This document shows positions 1 through 12,753 of a DNA stretch of 51,240 bases, piece after piece. Each line of letters opens with the position of its first letter. The first letter of the stretch is position 1. The translations under genes were made by a program, and so were the position numbers. The notes beneath the pieces are model-generated. The model searched no databases and was not told the DNA's origin. It was given only the letters and a program-made list of their open reading frames with translations. The stretch is from Nemertoderma westbladi (Eukaryota; Animalia; Xenacoelomorpha): positions 1-51,240 of the forward strand of contig JAUCBJ010007306.1 of NCBI GenBank assembly GCA_032718475.1, in the 5' to 3' direction.

Positions 1-859
1 GTTCGATAATTATATATTCCATTGAATTCAGAACAGCCGTAAACCTCTAAAACGCCAGAAATAAATTGTCAAAAGCAATTTTATCTATAGAATGGATTTT
101 CAAAATTTTGTGCTAGCACCAAAATTTGCACACAGCACCGAAAAATACAAGTTTGATACCGGTACCCTTGGTGCAACTCGTATATATTCCATCGAAACCA
201 GAACCCCAAAAAACCCAAATTACGTAAATAACAAGTTTCAAACAATAAATTTACAAAATTGACATATTTCAAAATTTTGGTGCTGGTACAGAAATTTGGC
301 ACCCGCCGAAAAAAACAAGTTTGAAATTTCTAAATTAATTTTTATGAATTCCATCCAATTGCTAACATCAAAAAACCGGTGTAAATCAAAAATAGAGATG
401 TTACAAATCATATTTAATGAAATGTAATTTTCAGTCTGAAAAGGACTCGGAACACAACGGAAATCGCTCTCCTCTGCTCGCACCGACGTTCTGCGACTTA
501 CAGAGAGGATTATGGTTTACGGATCTATTACGAGCCTGAAAAGGACTCGGAACGTGATGGAAAACCATATTTCCTCGCTTGACCGACAGACATCGATGGA
601 TGGAGTGGTTTACAGTCTACGGAGCTATTACGTGCCTGAAAAGGACTCGGAACTGTCTGTCAGTAAGTCTGTCGTCCTATAAAGTAAATACTAAATAAAT
701 TGTTTGTACTGTAGGTTTATTACCGATGTATGTGTTCATTCTAATTATTTGCTGTATGGGAGCCCAAATTTATTTAGAATCAGATTGTGAAGAATTAGTT
801 GATGCAACAGTTCGTCTATAAGGAATCAGTTAGCAGCGAATAAATTAACATTCAATCCA

Positions 860-1004
860 AACTATTCTTTTTTCACGATCTGCATTACAAATCCTAAGTT
901 TCCCCAACACCAATAATTCCGGTGAATATTATTTCGGGATCTAGCGCAACCCCCGGGAACTTACATCGGCGTCCATTCCCTTGATTCAGGAACTGATGGC
1001 AACA
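860..1004 (+). repeat. 3' part of E3 5' LTR (the portion shared with the 3' LTR remnant)
   Basis: Near-identical to 3284-3428 and ends in CA. The LTR presumably extends further left; its start was not identified. Confidence 0.75.
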
Positions 1005-1200
1005 AAATTCTAAATAATTAGAGGCAGAATTCGACTACGAATTCTGAAACAACTTGCCGGGATTCCAAGTGGAGGATTACCGAAAATAATCAGTTGAAAC
1101 CAAACTTCCATGCTACCCCAAGCACGCACTACGAGGAAAATAAGAGTATTTGAATTGGTATAAAGACGTGGTTCAAAATCTAATCGAACTATAAAAAACT

Positions 1201-3200
1201 TTGTCCAAAGATTCAAGTCACTTAAATCACCAGATGAACAAAATCAACAAAAATCAATCAATGTCAAATCAAAAGGTGTCAATTACTCCGATTGATCTTA
1301 TACAAGTCGAACCAGGTGTTTGGCATATCGAAGTCGAAATTCAAGAAACCAACCTAGGACAATTTCGAATAATCATACGGGTAGTACAATCACAATATGA
1401 GACTAATGAGGATCTGTTCCGTGCTTTGGAAACAGAAAGAAGCAGAACAAGATGCACTTGCGTAAACAGGAGGAAGCAAAACAAGACGCGCTGCGTAAAC
1501 AGGAGGCCATCAAAAGCGCCAGAAGACACCGAGAGGCCATCAAAAGGGAAAAAATATTAAAATGGGAGGTGGAACAGTGTGCTAGGGAAATAAAAGAGCA
1601 ATAATTCAAAAAAGGAATACAGACAAGGCCAAATTGGCCGAATATGAGACTGCACTTCTTGAACGTGATCTCCAAACTGAGGAGGACTGAGAAAGAGGGA
1701 TTGAGAGGGAATATGAACCCATTATGGTCCCGGACTTGGAAAAAACTTAGAAAATCGAAATCAGAAAGACCAATAATAAAACTTCTAACCTTTCCACCAA
1801 AGCTCCAGTGTTCTACCCTCATACAGAGGAGAACCAGGAAAGGCATAAAGCCCGGTACGAGCCTGAAAAGGACTCGGAAAAGATTGCAACACATTCTGGA
1901 GGGCCACTGGAAGACGGTTTGATGACGGAAGGCGCTTACCATTATGAGCCTGAAAAGGACTCGGACCGTGGCGCCAATCCGACACCCGTTATAGAACCGA
2001 TCACATCAACTCCCCGACAACGACCAAAATATGTCATGCGGCAAATGGAGATGGATCCATCATATACGGGCGGTAGCCCAGGACAGTTTAACAACTCATG
2101 TAAAACCACTTCAATATATGTTAATATTATAAGGGCGCTTGAAAATCGTTTATCCATGCCCAAAATTGAAATCAAGAGCTTCCATGGTGACTACACAGAT
2201 TTCATCAGCATCAAGAAATGCATTTATGCTCCAATCGGTTCAACCAAAATCACTAACGCACAAAAACTCGTTTATTTATCGCAATACCTTGGGGACAAAC
2301 CTAGAAGGCTGATACACTGCTTTGAAGGAGGTGATGACGAAGCGTACAAAGATGCATGGGAAGCACTGAATAAAAGGTATGGAAAGACAGGGACCATCAT
2401 AAACAAAACGATCAAAAGACACGTCCAGGAAGCGGGTTCCTTAGGTGACCCAAAAACATCCAGGAATTCTCACACTCCATGAAAGAGGCCTACTATACCT
2501 TAAAACCTCTAAACAAAGAAGACCAAATTAATAACATCCTTAATTTAAGACAAATCGCTAAGAAATTCCCAGGATGGCTACAAACCAAATGGGCTTATAA
2601 ATGCACAGACCTACGCAGGCGACATCCGGATCATGATCTTACGTATCTAGAAATGTCCAGGTTTCTGGATGATGTCTTCAAAGCAATGAGTGATACCATG
2701 TTTTCCAAACAAAGCCTATCAAAGCTGGATGGGGGGGGGGAGCTAATGACACGATCACGCATTCCTACCCCAAAGTATGAGTAGGTATATGTGAGTATAA
2801 GTATGTGAACCCATCAGTATGATGGCTATCTACATATCGGAAGAAGAAGATGAGGAAGACGATGACTTAGAAACGGCTGAAGAATGGGCCTGTTTCTTTA
2901 CTAACTGGGCACCAAAATGAGAGGGAATCCCAGAAACCTTTTTATGTATATTCTGCGGTGAGAACCACACTGTCGAATTCTGTCAAAAGTTCAAGTATGC
3001 GGACTTGATACCACGCTTTGAAACCATCATGAAGCATCAAGGATGTTTTAAATGTCTGGGAACAGGAAATTACATGCGAGAGTGCGAAAAGAGATCATGT
3101 TGTGACATTTGCAGCGACAATCGACACCACACGTTGTTGCACATACCAGAAAATTTTGACTTCTCCACTCTTCCCTTTAGAGGGGAAATGAGGCGGGCAA
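1201..3200 (+). pseudogene. gag: BEL/Pao gag, frameshifted (ORF pieces 1201-1560, 1808-2482, 2479-2784, 3005-3340)
   Basis: DUF1759-like motifs and three CCHC/CCHH knuckles are spread across several frames. Confidence 0.8.
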
Positions 3201-3283
3201 GAAGTACTAACAACATTAAATCTGGCAAGCCATCATATCACTCAACCTCCAAAGAAGGTATAAAGAGGAACACGGAACTTTAT

Positions 3284-3428
3284 AACTATTCTTTTTTCAC
3301 GATCTGCATTACAAATCCTAAGTTTCCCCCACACCAATAATTTCGGTGAATAGTATTTCGGGATCTAGCGCAACCCCTGGGAACTTACATCGGCGACCAT
3401 TCCCTTGATTCAGGAACTGATGGCAACA
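3284..3428 (+). repeat. Truncated 3' LTR remnant of E3
   Basis: Direct copy of 860-1004, fused to gag sequence with no pol and no PPT in between. Confidence 0.75.
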
Positions 3429-3635
3429 GCGCAGTTTCCTCGCCTACACTTTTTTGTGTAATTCTAAATAAGCTTATCTTGAAACTTTGTGAGTCTAAAG
3501 CTAGGCTGAAATATTGGTTCCCACTTCTTTGGTGTATTAGTGTATGCAGATGACATTATTCTCCTTTGTCCTTCATTGATAGGGTTACAACGGATGGTGT
3601 CTATTTGTGAAGAGTTCGCGAAGAAACACAAGTTA

Positions 3636-6600
3636 CAGTCCAGCTCACCAACAGAGTGCCATCGGATCCGATCTGAACCGATCGGATCCAACAGCTTCAA
3701 ACACTTTCAGACAAACTCCAACAGTCCAACAACTTCAAACAGATTCAGACAGTTTCAAACAGATTCAGACAGTTTCAAACAGAATCAGACAACTTCCAAC
3801 AACCTGTCAATCACTCCACCCACACTCAACCGCAACCCCAACTCATCTCCCATCTTCTTGCGCGCAGATAGAATGAAAGCGTTTGAAACTACTAAAGGAA
3901 CTCCATTCATAAAGCCACAATAACGACAGAGTGGACTGGCCACTGGCGGTGCCCTTGAACATTCCCACTGTAACTTAAGCTGACCTGAAGGAACAGCCCA
4001 TTAGTGAGGTCGGTATTTCTCTTTATTCCTGCCGCTATCTTTGAATAACACAATAGCAGAAAGCTAACCAGTGGTCTACCCCCAATACAAGAAAGACAAG
4101 TTGGCTACCATTGAAATGAATGGGGAATGGAATTCTGTGTTCACATACTAATGTTGCTTTGGGTTGGTCTAGAGCCATACAATAGAGCTTTACGGAAATA
4201 CACTTCCAAAGAGTCAAGCAGTGGCGGTATAGGTCCAAAATGCCCATGTAGAATTTCTTCGAATAAGGCTCAATTTCTTTAAATTACATTAATTAAAATA
4301 CTGATAAATATATTTTGCTTTTCGCAGGAGGGACAGTATCCCCCTCTGCAGTTAATATAGTGTACGTACATGTGTTAGTTATATCGTTGCGTTTATTTAT
4401 ATTTATACAGGTTTGGATATGATCTCTACTAGTTTGATTTTTGTTTTGTCAATTAATTAATTGTGCGGTTAATTTGTCAATCACAGCCTTAATTGGCTAC
4501 ATTGCTTATTGTATGAATGAATATAATTAGTTATTAAGACATTATTTTAATTAGTATCTGATGTGATTAGGTCTACCTTTTACATAACAACAGTACGTCA
4601 ATGGCGGATATACTACTACTACTAAGTCGAGCGAACTCGGACAGTGGAAATGAGATCCTTCCAGGCTTCCCGATTCTCCATAGTTGTCGCAATTTCGTTT
4701 CTCCCAAGTTCAGAGATGGCGGATATCATTACATCATAATATGGCATGGCAGTCACGTGAAAACAAGGGCCTTCACATTCCCAATTCTCTATCTAATCTA
4801 TTATGGTTGTGCGTAATGCTCAATACGACTTTATGATATTAATTCATTCACGTTTAACATTAACAGCCACGTTTCATCAACCCCCCCCCCCCCCCCCTCC
4901 CCTTCCAATGTGACAAACTATCACGATATGTTGGCGTTGGGCCCCGTCCCTACGTCCACCCTCCCTTGTGAAGGGCTAGGGGGGACTTTCGACCCATCAT
5001 TACTAAAGGGTAGTGATAATATTCAAAATAAGTTTTCCCATGTATACGTAATTTTATTCTTAAATAGGTACTTGTTTGTTCCTAAATTCTGCCTAAATGC
5101 TGCCTTACTCAATGTTAAATAATTTATTGTTCTCGAATATTTATTTCGTAACTAGGGAACCGCTTAACTACAAACCAATATTGGATATGGAGTTCCGTTT
5201 CGAAGTTCGCCTTGCAGAGACTAAAGTTGCAATAACTTTTGAGTGTGTGAATGTAATTTACTCAAATAGGGTAGGTGCGCGAAAAAATAGTTGGGCTAGA
5301 AGTATTACGTGCAAACCTTTTCATTTCGATGCTCTTTCAACACAACTAATAAAATTAACCAAAAATATTTTTTTCACTCATTGTAATTATATTTACTGTT
5401 TGCTTAATCTGTTTGTGTTTATATCTGTTTATGTGCAGTATTTAGTGCCCTACGTCAAAGAAATTAATATATTTATAGCATTATTTACATTTCTAATTAA
5501 ATTAAGGAATTAAAAACGTGTTGGTGTTATTATATTCATTTATCGGAATTTATATTATAGGAATTGTTCGCGCTTTCAGACCTTTGGCAGTTTAACCCGC
5601 CAAATTAGAATGTCTTCTAGATAATAAATCTGCTTTTTAGTCTATGACAAGTATTTGATTCACTACACTAGTCGAAACCAATCCGTGCGCGACCATTCAC
5701 CCGCTGGAAATTCCCGGGAGATTGGGTTCGACGGTTTAATTTTTATTGCTATGTAAGCCTAATGTATTATTCGACTGACAGTATTATATAATCTCTGACA
5801 ATATTATTCACCTTCGGTAATATTAACAGTTCCTTTAGGACGTGGCGCTTTATCTACATAAACAGAGTTATGACTTAAACTACTCACAACGATATGGCTT
5901 AATTATAATCCACATATATGGCGCATTCTTTAGGAATTGCTTCTTTAACAGACTCACTCATACACTATGCTGCACAATACTGCACACTAATCTGCCAATC
6001 TTCACTGATTTTAGTCACATATAAAAGGAACACAGGCTGACTCATGTAGGGTCTATCAAATAACATTAGATTCACTTCAAACCACTTTAACATAAGTCAC
6101 AATCGTTATTGGTAACCTTTCTCTCTTACCTTCGGTATATCAAGAATATTGGGTTGCGGGGTTATTTATCGTTATTCCAAATATAATTATTCATCAACCA
6201 TATTATGAAGAACTGACAGCAAATAGCAGTATAAAACAACAACTCAGTACCGGTATGTCAGCAATGAGATATAGGCATGTGCATGGTCCGTAGTCTAGAT
6301 ATTGTTAAAGGATATATGCCCTTTATAATTAAACCTACCAGTGTACGACTAAAAAGCAGTACAGCACAAAAATACTTCCAAGCCGTTCTTTCTTTGGCTC
6401 AAGACTGAATGATAAACACTGCACATAGGCATTTCGTCATTTCTCGGAAATTCTCTGTACAAGGAGCCACAAAAACGCTCTCATTGGCTGACTGAGCTGA
6501 GAGACGCCGTAGAACAAAGGAAATCAACACGTATGAATGTCAGCTGTTAACCGTAGCCATAGTAACTACTGTTCAAGAGTAGCTATCACTCCTTTGCGTC

Positions 6601-7292
6601 ACGAATTGCCATAGAATCATAAAAATATACCTTTCACAATACACATACGGAGGAAATAAGTCTTAGATCCTCTAAAAACACCGATACAGTAATAATACGG
6701 TCTCTTACACTTATTAAATCAACTACAGAGTATTTTAATGTAAAAGATAATAAAAATAACGGGGCAATTCAGCAAAGGCTTTTACAGGAATTTATTATTC
6801 GTTTATGCATTCTAGTTAATTAATTGATATAATTAACGACATAATTATGTAAATAAAAATTGTTAAATGAAACAAATCTTTGTTTCGGTTTATAATTGAC
6901 AATAGCACACCCTCACAATCACTTCAAATTGAGAGTTAAAGTGATTGACATTTTGTTAATGAACTACGCTTTTGTAAGGCATTGGCAAATTCCAACAAAT
7001 TCCGATGGCGTCAAACATCTTCAAACAACTTCCAACAGTTTCAGACAATTTCAAACAGCTTCAGACAACTTCAGATAGCTTCCAACAACATCCAACAGAA
7101 ATTTCAAACACTTTCAGACGGATTTCAGACAGATTCAGATGGGCTCCAACAGACTAAACTTGTTGGAAATATTTTCTCCAACAGAATCAAACAGTACTAA
7201 ATCTCCGTAGGTTAGCATTGTGCTTGTTTGAAGCTGTCGGAGTGTGTTGGATCCGATCGGATCCGATGGCACTCTGTTGGTGAGCGGGACTG
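3636..7292. mobile_element. Non-autonomous DNA transposon, Tc1/mariner-type ends (CAGT...ACTG, TA TSD)
   Basis: The TIR CAGTCC(A/C)GCTCACCAACAGAGTGCCATCGGATCCGATC is present at both ends, with TA at 3634-35 and 7293-94. Excision restores the LINE reading frame. Subterminal TTCAGACA/TTCAAACA repeats; no transposase ORF seen. Confidence 0.85.
5565..6786 (-). mobile_element. Solo LTR of an E1-related BEL/Pao subfamily, TSD GGAAT
   Basis: Reverse-complement homolog of 25988-27158 (TGTTCGCGCTTTCAGACC...GGCTTTTACA). GGAAT flanks it at 5560-64 and 6787-91. Confidence 0.93.
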
Positions 7293-10200
7293 TAGTATTC
7301 AGCACGGATCCCAATCCTACTAAGAGTAAATCGAAATGTATACCATTCAATTGGCGCTGGACGGAACCTACTGCGACAATTAATCTTAATGGAATTAAAA
7401 TGCAATGGGTACAGTCTGCGCGCCATCTTGGCAACACGCTAGATTTCCAGAGTAACTTCTCGAAAGATATCCAGATTAAGTGTGGCGGATTTATTGGGAA
7501 ACTCAGCTCACTGCGGCAGGAATTTTGGTATTGTGATCCATCTTGTATTCTTGAACTTCAAAGAATTTACGCCACTGGGTTCTACTGTGGTACACTATGG
7601 GATCTCTGGTCCAGTGACTTCCAGCGTATAGCGTCCGCATGGAATATCAATGTGCGTACTATTTACAAGTTACCCTTTAACAGCCACTGCTTTATAGTAG
7701 AAGGTTTAACAAAATTTCATCACGTGATGACTATGTTAAGTAGTCGATTCGTTACTTTCGTGAACGCAATGTTACGTAATGATAAACTTTGCCTCAGATT
7801 TCTGGCCAACATTGTCTTATCTGATTGTCGCTCGAAAGCCGGCCGAAACTTAAGAAGAATTGCCAATAAAGTTTCTCAACATGATCTCCGTGATGTAATG
7901 GCGTCCCATGTGAAAACAAAGCCCTGGTATCTGACTCCTGCTGATCAAGTGTGGTGCGTTGATGTGTGCAGGGATATTGTAGATAATGCCATTGAGGGGT
8001 TTGTTGTTGATGACGAATTAAAAAGCTTATTAGCATTTGCAAGTACAGTTTAAAGCTGTTGATATTTATTTTAGATTTGTGCCTTATATTGATTTAGTGA
8101 GCGCGGCCCCAGTCATTTCTTATTACTAGTTATATTTATAGCTCTGTATAAGCTATATTTTTTTTCTTCATTCTGTGAGAATTAACCTAAATTTTGTGCT
8201 TACTATACCGGTGAATTTATTTAGTTGTTTGTATATATTACTCTCTGTACCCATATTTTTCACATATTGGAGTATGAATATAATAATAATAATAATTCCT
8301 AGGAAGTTGTTTTATTTTTGATAAATATGTAATTTTGTGCTGAAAAATGGTTAATTTCGTTTAAATCAGTGAAAATTTGACGGTTAAGAGTAAATTTGGG
8401 CGGGATGGGCTAACTCATAAAAATTGTCGCCATTATTGTCATTTTATTTACCATGAAACTTTCTTTAATTGAGCACAGTTTTAGAAAATATAATTCCTAG
8501 GAAGTTGTTAAACAACAACTCAGACTTTCAAATTGACAGTGATTTAAAGGACTTTTTAAAATTGTCTATCATTCCTACACACTGGGTTGAAATCGTCAAT
8601 TGAGTGTGAATTGAATCATTAAGTGATCAGTTGGACTGTTATTTAAATTTCGTTTCCGTGCAAAATTATACCGTTGTTTTCTGCCATTTAATATTAATTA
8701 ATGTTATGTAATTATTAAAAATAATTCCCGACTACGTTTGTTTCAAAGTTATAACAAAAAACCACGGGGATCATATTGAGCCCCCCCCCCCCCCCCCCCC
8801 CCCTCCCCAGGGTTTAATAGGGTTAAAACGATCAATAATATCACTCGTATTAAATTATTGAATATTGAAACTAAATTTATGCCATCATAGATAATCTCGC
8901 GGAAGTAAGGGGGCGGGATACGGAATGTGGCGTCGCAATTTGGTTGATAAGCCGGCATAGCATTCTTAATGAACGATGCTTTGGGCTTCCCAATTGTAGA
9001 TTGCCTGGTGGTGGCAAAAAAATTTATGTTTGGAAGCCAGCATAGCATATCAATGTGCGGACCGATTAGATAGATAGATAGATAGATAGTTTAGTAACTT
9101 ACTTAGTTTCACAGTATAATTAAAATCCCAAATCTATAATAATTATTGGCAAATTTAATTTCAAGAACTCGTATTCATATGTCATATCACTGCTAATATA
9201 ATCATATTTCAAAATTGGACGCTGCTTTTTTATACAGTTAGGAGTTGTTTGGTTCGAATTGATAATTAACATTCCAAAATTATCAGATTCATCTTGAATA
9301 AATGAATTAGTCTATAAATTTCTCTCAGTAAAAAAAGGTCGTGCTTAAAATAAAAAGTAAGCGGATAAAACCGCACACAAAAAAGAAGCGCGGAAACTGG
9401 CCTTTGCTAGTTACTAATTCAGTGAATAATCCCACTCCGAAGGAAGTGCCAGTCCACAGGGTCGGTGTATCGATCGGTGTAACACTTTCTCCAATATGTA
9501 GTACGTAGCGACAGCTGGGAGTAAAAGTTATAAAAAAAAAGAAAACAACTAAAATTACTAGCAGCTACTGACTACTTTCTACTTTCTACTTGAACTATAT
9601 TCTGTATTTATTGAGTGTAATTATGTAATTATTCAACAACGTACTTGTTATTTTCACTGCCAGGGAGGCCCGTAGACCGTAGACCCTATTATAATAGGGA
9701 CTTGATGAGCTAACACCTGTCTATGGGATTCTAGATAGTAGACCTAGTTAATATAGCTTACAGGAATATAACTAACTAAGGCCAAACTTAAAAATGCATT
9801 CAACCAACATTTGATACTGTATGTAATATAAATAATGCCACACTTCACATATATATTAACGTCGCTTTACATATATAAAACAATAAGGAAGTAATTGCCA
9901 TCATTCCACTCCATCAATTTGAACTTTGTACTTTTAATTCAAACACAACGCAAACATTTTCTACTGACACATTACGGCAATAAAATAATTATTGCGGCAA
10001 TAAATAATGGCCCTGTGGGGTAAGGCACCACTCCTGATTTACACTGTTGGTGACTATTCACTACAGGCGCAGGTTCGATTTCAACATAAGGCTATTATTA
10101 TTTCGTTCAACCTTTGGAGGGTCAAGGGAGCCAGTCTCAGTTCACATAGCAGTGTCGAAGAGATTTCATTGGTTGCTAGGTACTATGATTAATGTGTTAT

Positions 10201-10321
10201 AATGCAACCTTCAATCACATTGCATACTAGATTGGATTATTACTGTAGTGAATGTTGAAGGCAAAGACATGTACGTGGTATTACAGTAGTATAGTAGATC
10301 ACGGTTGGGTGCAACCTTAGC

Positions 10322-10591
10322 CCGGGGGAATCCATCATCCGCAAGGTAATCTTCGCCCACGAGCAAACTTCGCCGAATGCGATTTGTGTTAGTAACCATT
10401 TTAGTTACAAATTGAGGGAAAGGAGCAGGTTATAGAGAATAATTTTTATAACCAAAACAATAATTATTTATTGGGCGAAGGTTGCTCGCGGGCGAAGATT
10501 GTCTGCGGGCGAAGATTTCCGGTGGACGATAGTTGCTCATTTTGAGGGCGAAGATTGCTCTGGGCGAAGATTGGAGGCGGACGAACCCCGG
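10322..10591. mobile_element. Probable MITE with inverted subterminal GGGCGAAGATT repeats
   Basis: Ends are CCGGGG...CCCCGG. AATCTTCGCCC/CTTCGCC copies lie on the left and five GGGCGAAG copies on the right. No TSD resolved. Confidence 0.5.
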
Positions 10592-10599
10592 TCATTTGG

Positions 10600-12660
10600 A
10601 AAACCTGAATAAGCGAATCACAGCCAACCCTTTACCTTGGGATTTTGAAACGATGAACTGTTACATGGACTGCATGAAAAGAAATTATTTTTGGTTCAGC
10701 AAACAGGCATATTCCGACGATACGTCCACGCAAACAATGTAGAAATCTCAGAGTTAGGGACTCGGTCTAAAAGAAAAGTCAAGGGTGACAAAGAATTTGT
10801 ATACCATCTGGTGTAACCAAGGCAAAGATAAGAAAGACCCGATACATGAGTCTTACCTACAGTCAAAAAGGTCTACTCGATAATTAAGCAACTGGTTGGC
10901 AAAGTAGAAGGTGATTAACAATCTCATTCACGGGTCCACTAACACTTATCAGGCACCATACAAGTTCTGAAAGTTTTTTTGGCAAGAAGTATCCTCAAGC
11001 AATCCCCCAAATCTTGCAGGAAGACATAGGAAACCACATGGAAGGAAAGTTAAGCACTGGCAATGACAGACAGGAACGAAATAACCTACGAACAAAACTC
11101 AATGAATGGAAATATAATGCAAAAGCTCCATCGATCTCTGAAAATTGGATAAAATCGGCATTCCTATCTCTGCCATTAGGGAAGAGCCCAGACTTCGACT
11201 CATTGACAGTTGAGCATCATCCACTTGCAGCCAACCACGATATGTCAATCAATGGAGAAAGTGCTAGCAGCAGCTCTCCACTTGGGCCGCCTACCACCAT
11301 TGTTCGGCCTATATAAGGGTTAGGATAAACATAGAAACGATCCCACCTCATACCGACCTGTTAGTTCAATATGTATTATGTTTGAGTCAATTATCGTACA
11401 GCACTATATGGGCAATGTGGATAGTGATGACCTACAGTGGGCTCTTAAGCCAAGAACAGGGCCTGATTTGGTAATAGCAACGGTGCTAGAAATAATGGAT
11501 TACTATCACTGGCAAGGTTCAGGATTATATGTCTGTCAACTGGATATAGAAAGAGCCTTCGACAATGTGCATCATGTTACCCTACAGCAAACTGGCCAAT
11601 ACGCTCAATCCCTACATATCATTACTCTTGCTGGACTACTATTCCATTGGTCTTGCGTATTTAAAGTTCGGGACAGATCTCGACATAGATGGATTGATTA
11701 TGACTAAGGGTATAAAACAGGGGTCAGTGTTATCACCCTTATTATTAAATTACTATATGAAGGATGTATTCTGTGCTGTAAAGCAACAACAGTTGGGCTG
11801 TACTGTATATGGGATGTGGGCAGGGTGCATATCCTTTGCCGATGACATTTTACTGTTGAGTACCATGCCCTCTTCAATAGAACACATGGTTGGAACCATC
11901 GAAACTGGTCTAACCTCTATAGATCTACGAATAGAAAATTCAAAAACGCACTGGATGAAAACAGAAGCAAATGGAAGAATACAACATAAATGGGCATTTC
12001 TTCGCATTCTGGGGTCCCTGATAACATCTAAAAATATTATCACTTTTCTAGGTCATAAGCTATTTGCATCAACCTCCTCAGCAACTGCTTCAGAGAATGC
12101 CTGAAAGCCATAACAATTATGTCAGAAAGATTCCACAAGCTGGGGGTGGGGATGCATTGCCGTCGCTACTATATACTTTCGTTTTCCTGACTGACTGCTG
12201 GATTAAGTGACAAACACTCTGCTCAACTTGATGCATATTATAGGAAAACTTTACGTGGCTTATTCATGGTTGGAAACTATGTCTCGAATGGATGTATCTA
12301 CCATCTGGTGAAAACAAATTCTATAAGTGCAGAAAGTTATAGAGCGGCCGCCGGTCTGATTATGCGCATTAAAAACTGCCCTATTATCCCTCTCCACTAT
12401 ATTATAGAGTCTAATGAATTGACATGTTATGACTGAGCTGACTCAGCATACTCAAAATGCGTCCAGTGTTATCCAGTCCCACAGTCCTACTTAACCATGA
12501 ATACTCAAAGGATGTAACTCGTGGTTCAATAACCAATGTTCCTAATTGGATAGATATCATGAGCGCAAACTTTGTGGAGGACGTCTACAGCCTAAGATAC
12601 TCAACATTTAGCGTCAAATATCGTCGGATACGTGAATATTTTGTATATGAATATTTTGTA
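10600..12660 (+). mobile_element. Decayed LINE (LINE B) ORF2/RT
   Basis: Motifs across frames: GKSPDFDSLTVEH, DPTSYRPVS, LDIERAFDNV, GIKQGSVLSPLL, FADDILLLS, TFLG. Boundaries approximate. Confidence 0.8.
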
Positions 12661-12661
12661 T

Positions 12662-12753
12662 AGGATGTGTATATGCACCAGGATGTTGAATGAGGATGTG
12701 TATATGCACCAGGATGTTGAATGAGGATGTGTATATGCACCAGGATGTTGAAT
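12662..12753. repeat. 31-bp tandem repeat x3
   Basis: Unit AGGATGTGTATATGCACCAGGATGTTGAATG. Confidence 0.95.

Larger units (their letters stand above)
1..3428 (+). mobile_element. BEL/Pao LTR retrotransposon E3, internally deleted; 5' end probably upstream of window
   Basis: Gag remnants include a DUF1759-like segment (IKSFHGDYTDF...KLVYLSQYLGDKP...LNKRYG) and BEL zinc knuckles (CIFCGENHTVEFC ~2945-2985, CFKCLGTGNYMREC, CDICSDNRHHTLLH). A 145-bp direct repeat 860-1004 / 3284-3428 ends ...GATGGCAACA. The right end abuts LINE RT sequence. Confidence 0.85.
3429..8296 (+). mobile_element. Non-LTR retrotransposon (LINE A), 3' half; RT split by the insertion at 3636-7292; (TAA)n tail
   Basis: 3429-3635 reads (G)AVSSPTLF...GVLVYADDIILLCPS...KKHKL. 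Removing 3636-7292 plus one TA joins it in frame to VFSTDPNPTKSKSKC...HLG (ORF ending 8053). A TAA-repeat tail lies at ~8278-8296. Confidence 0.85.

Noticed and set aside
7244-8053. Standalone 269-aa gene (also ORF 3540-3923)
   Set aside because: Both are chimeric frames spanning a DNA-transposon TIR and a split LINE RT.
8760-8827. piggyBac-like MITE end (...AATAGGGTTAA)
   Set aside because: The matching left terminus was not found, so the element cannot be delimited.
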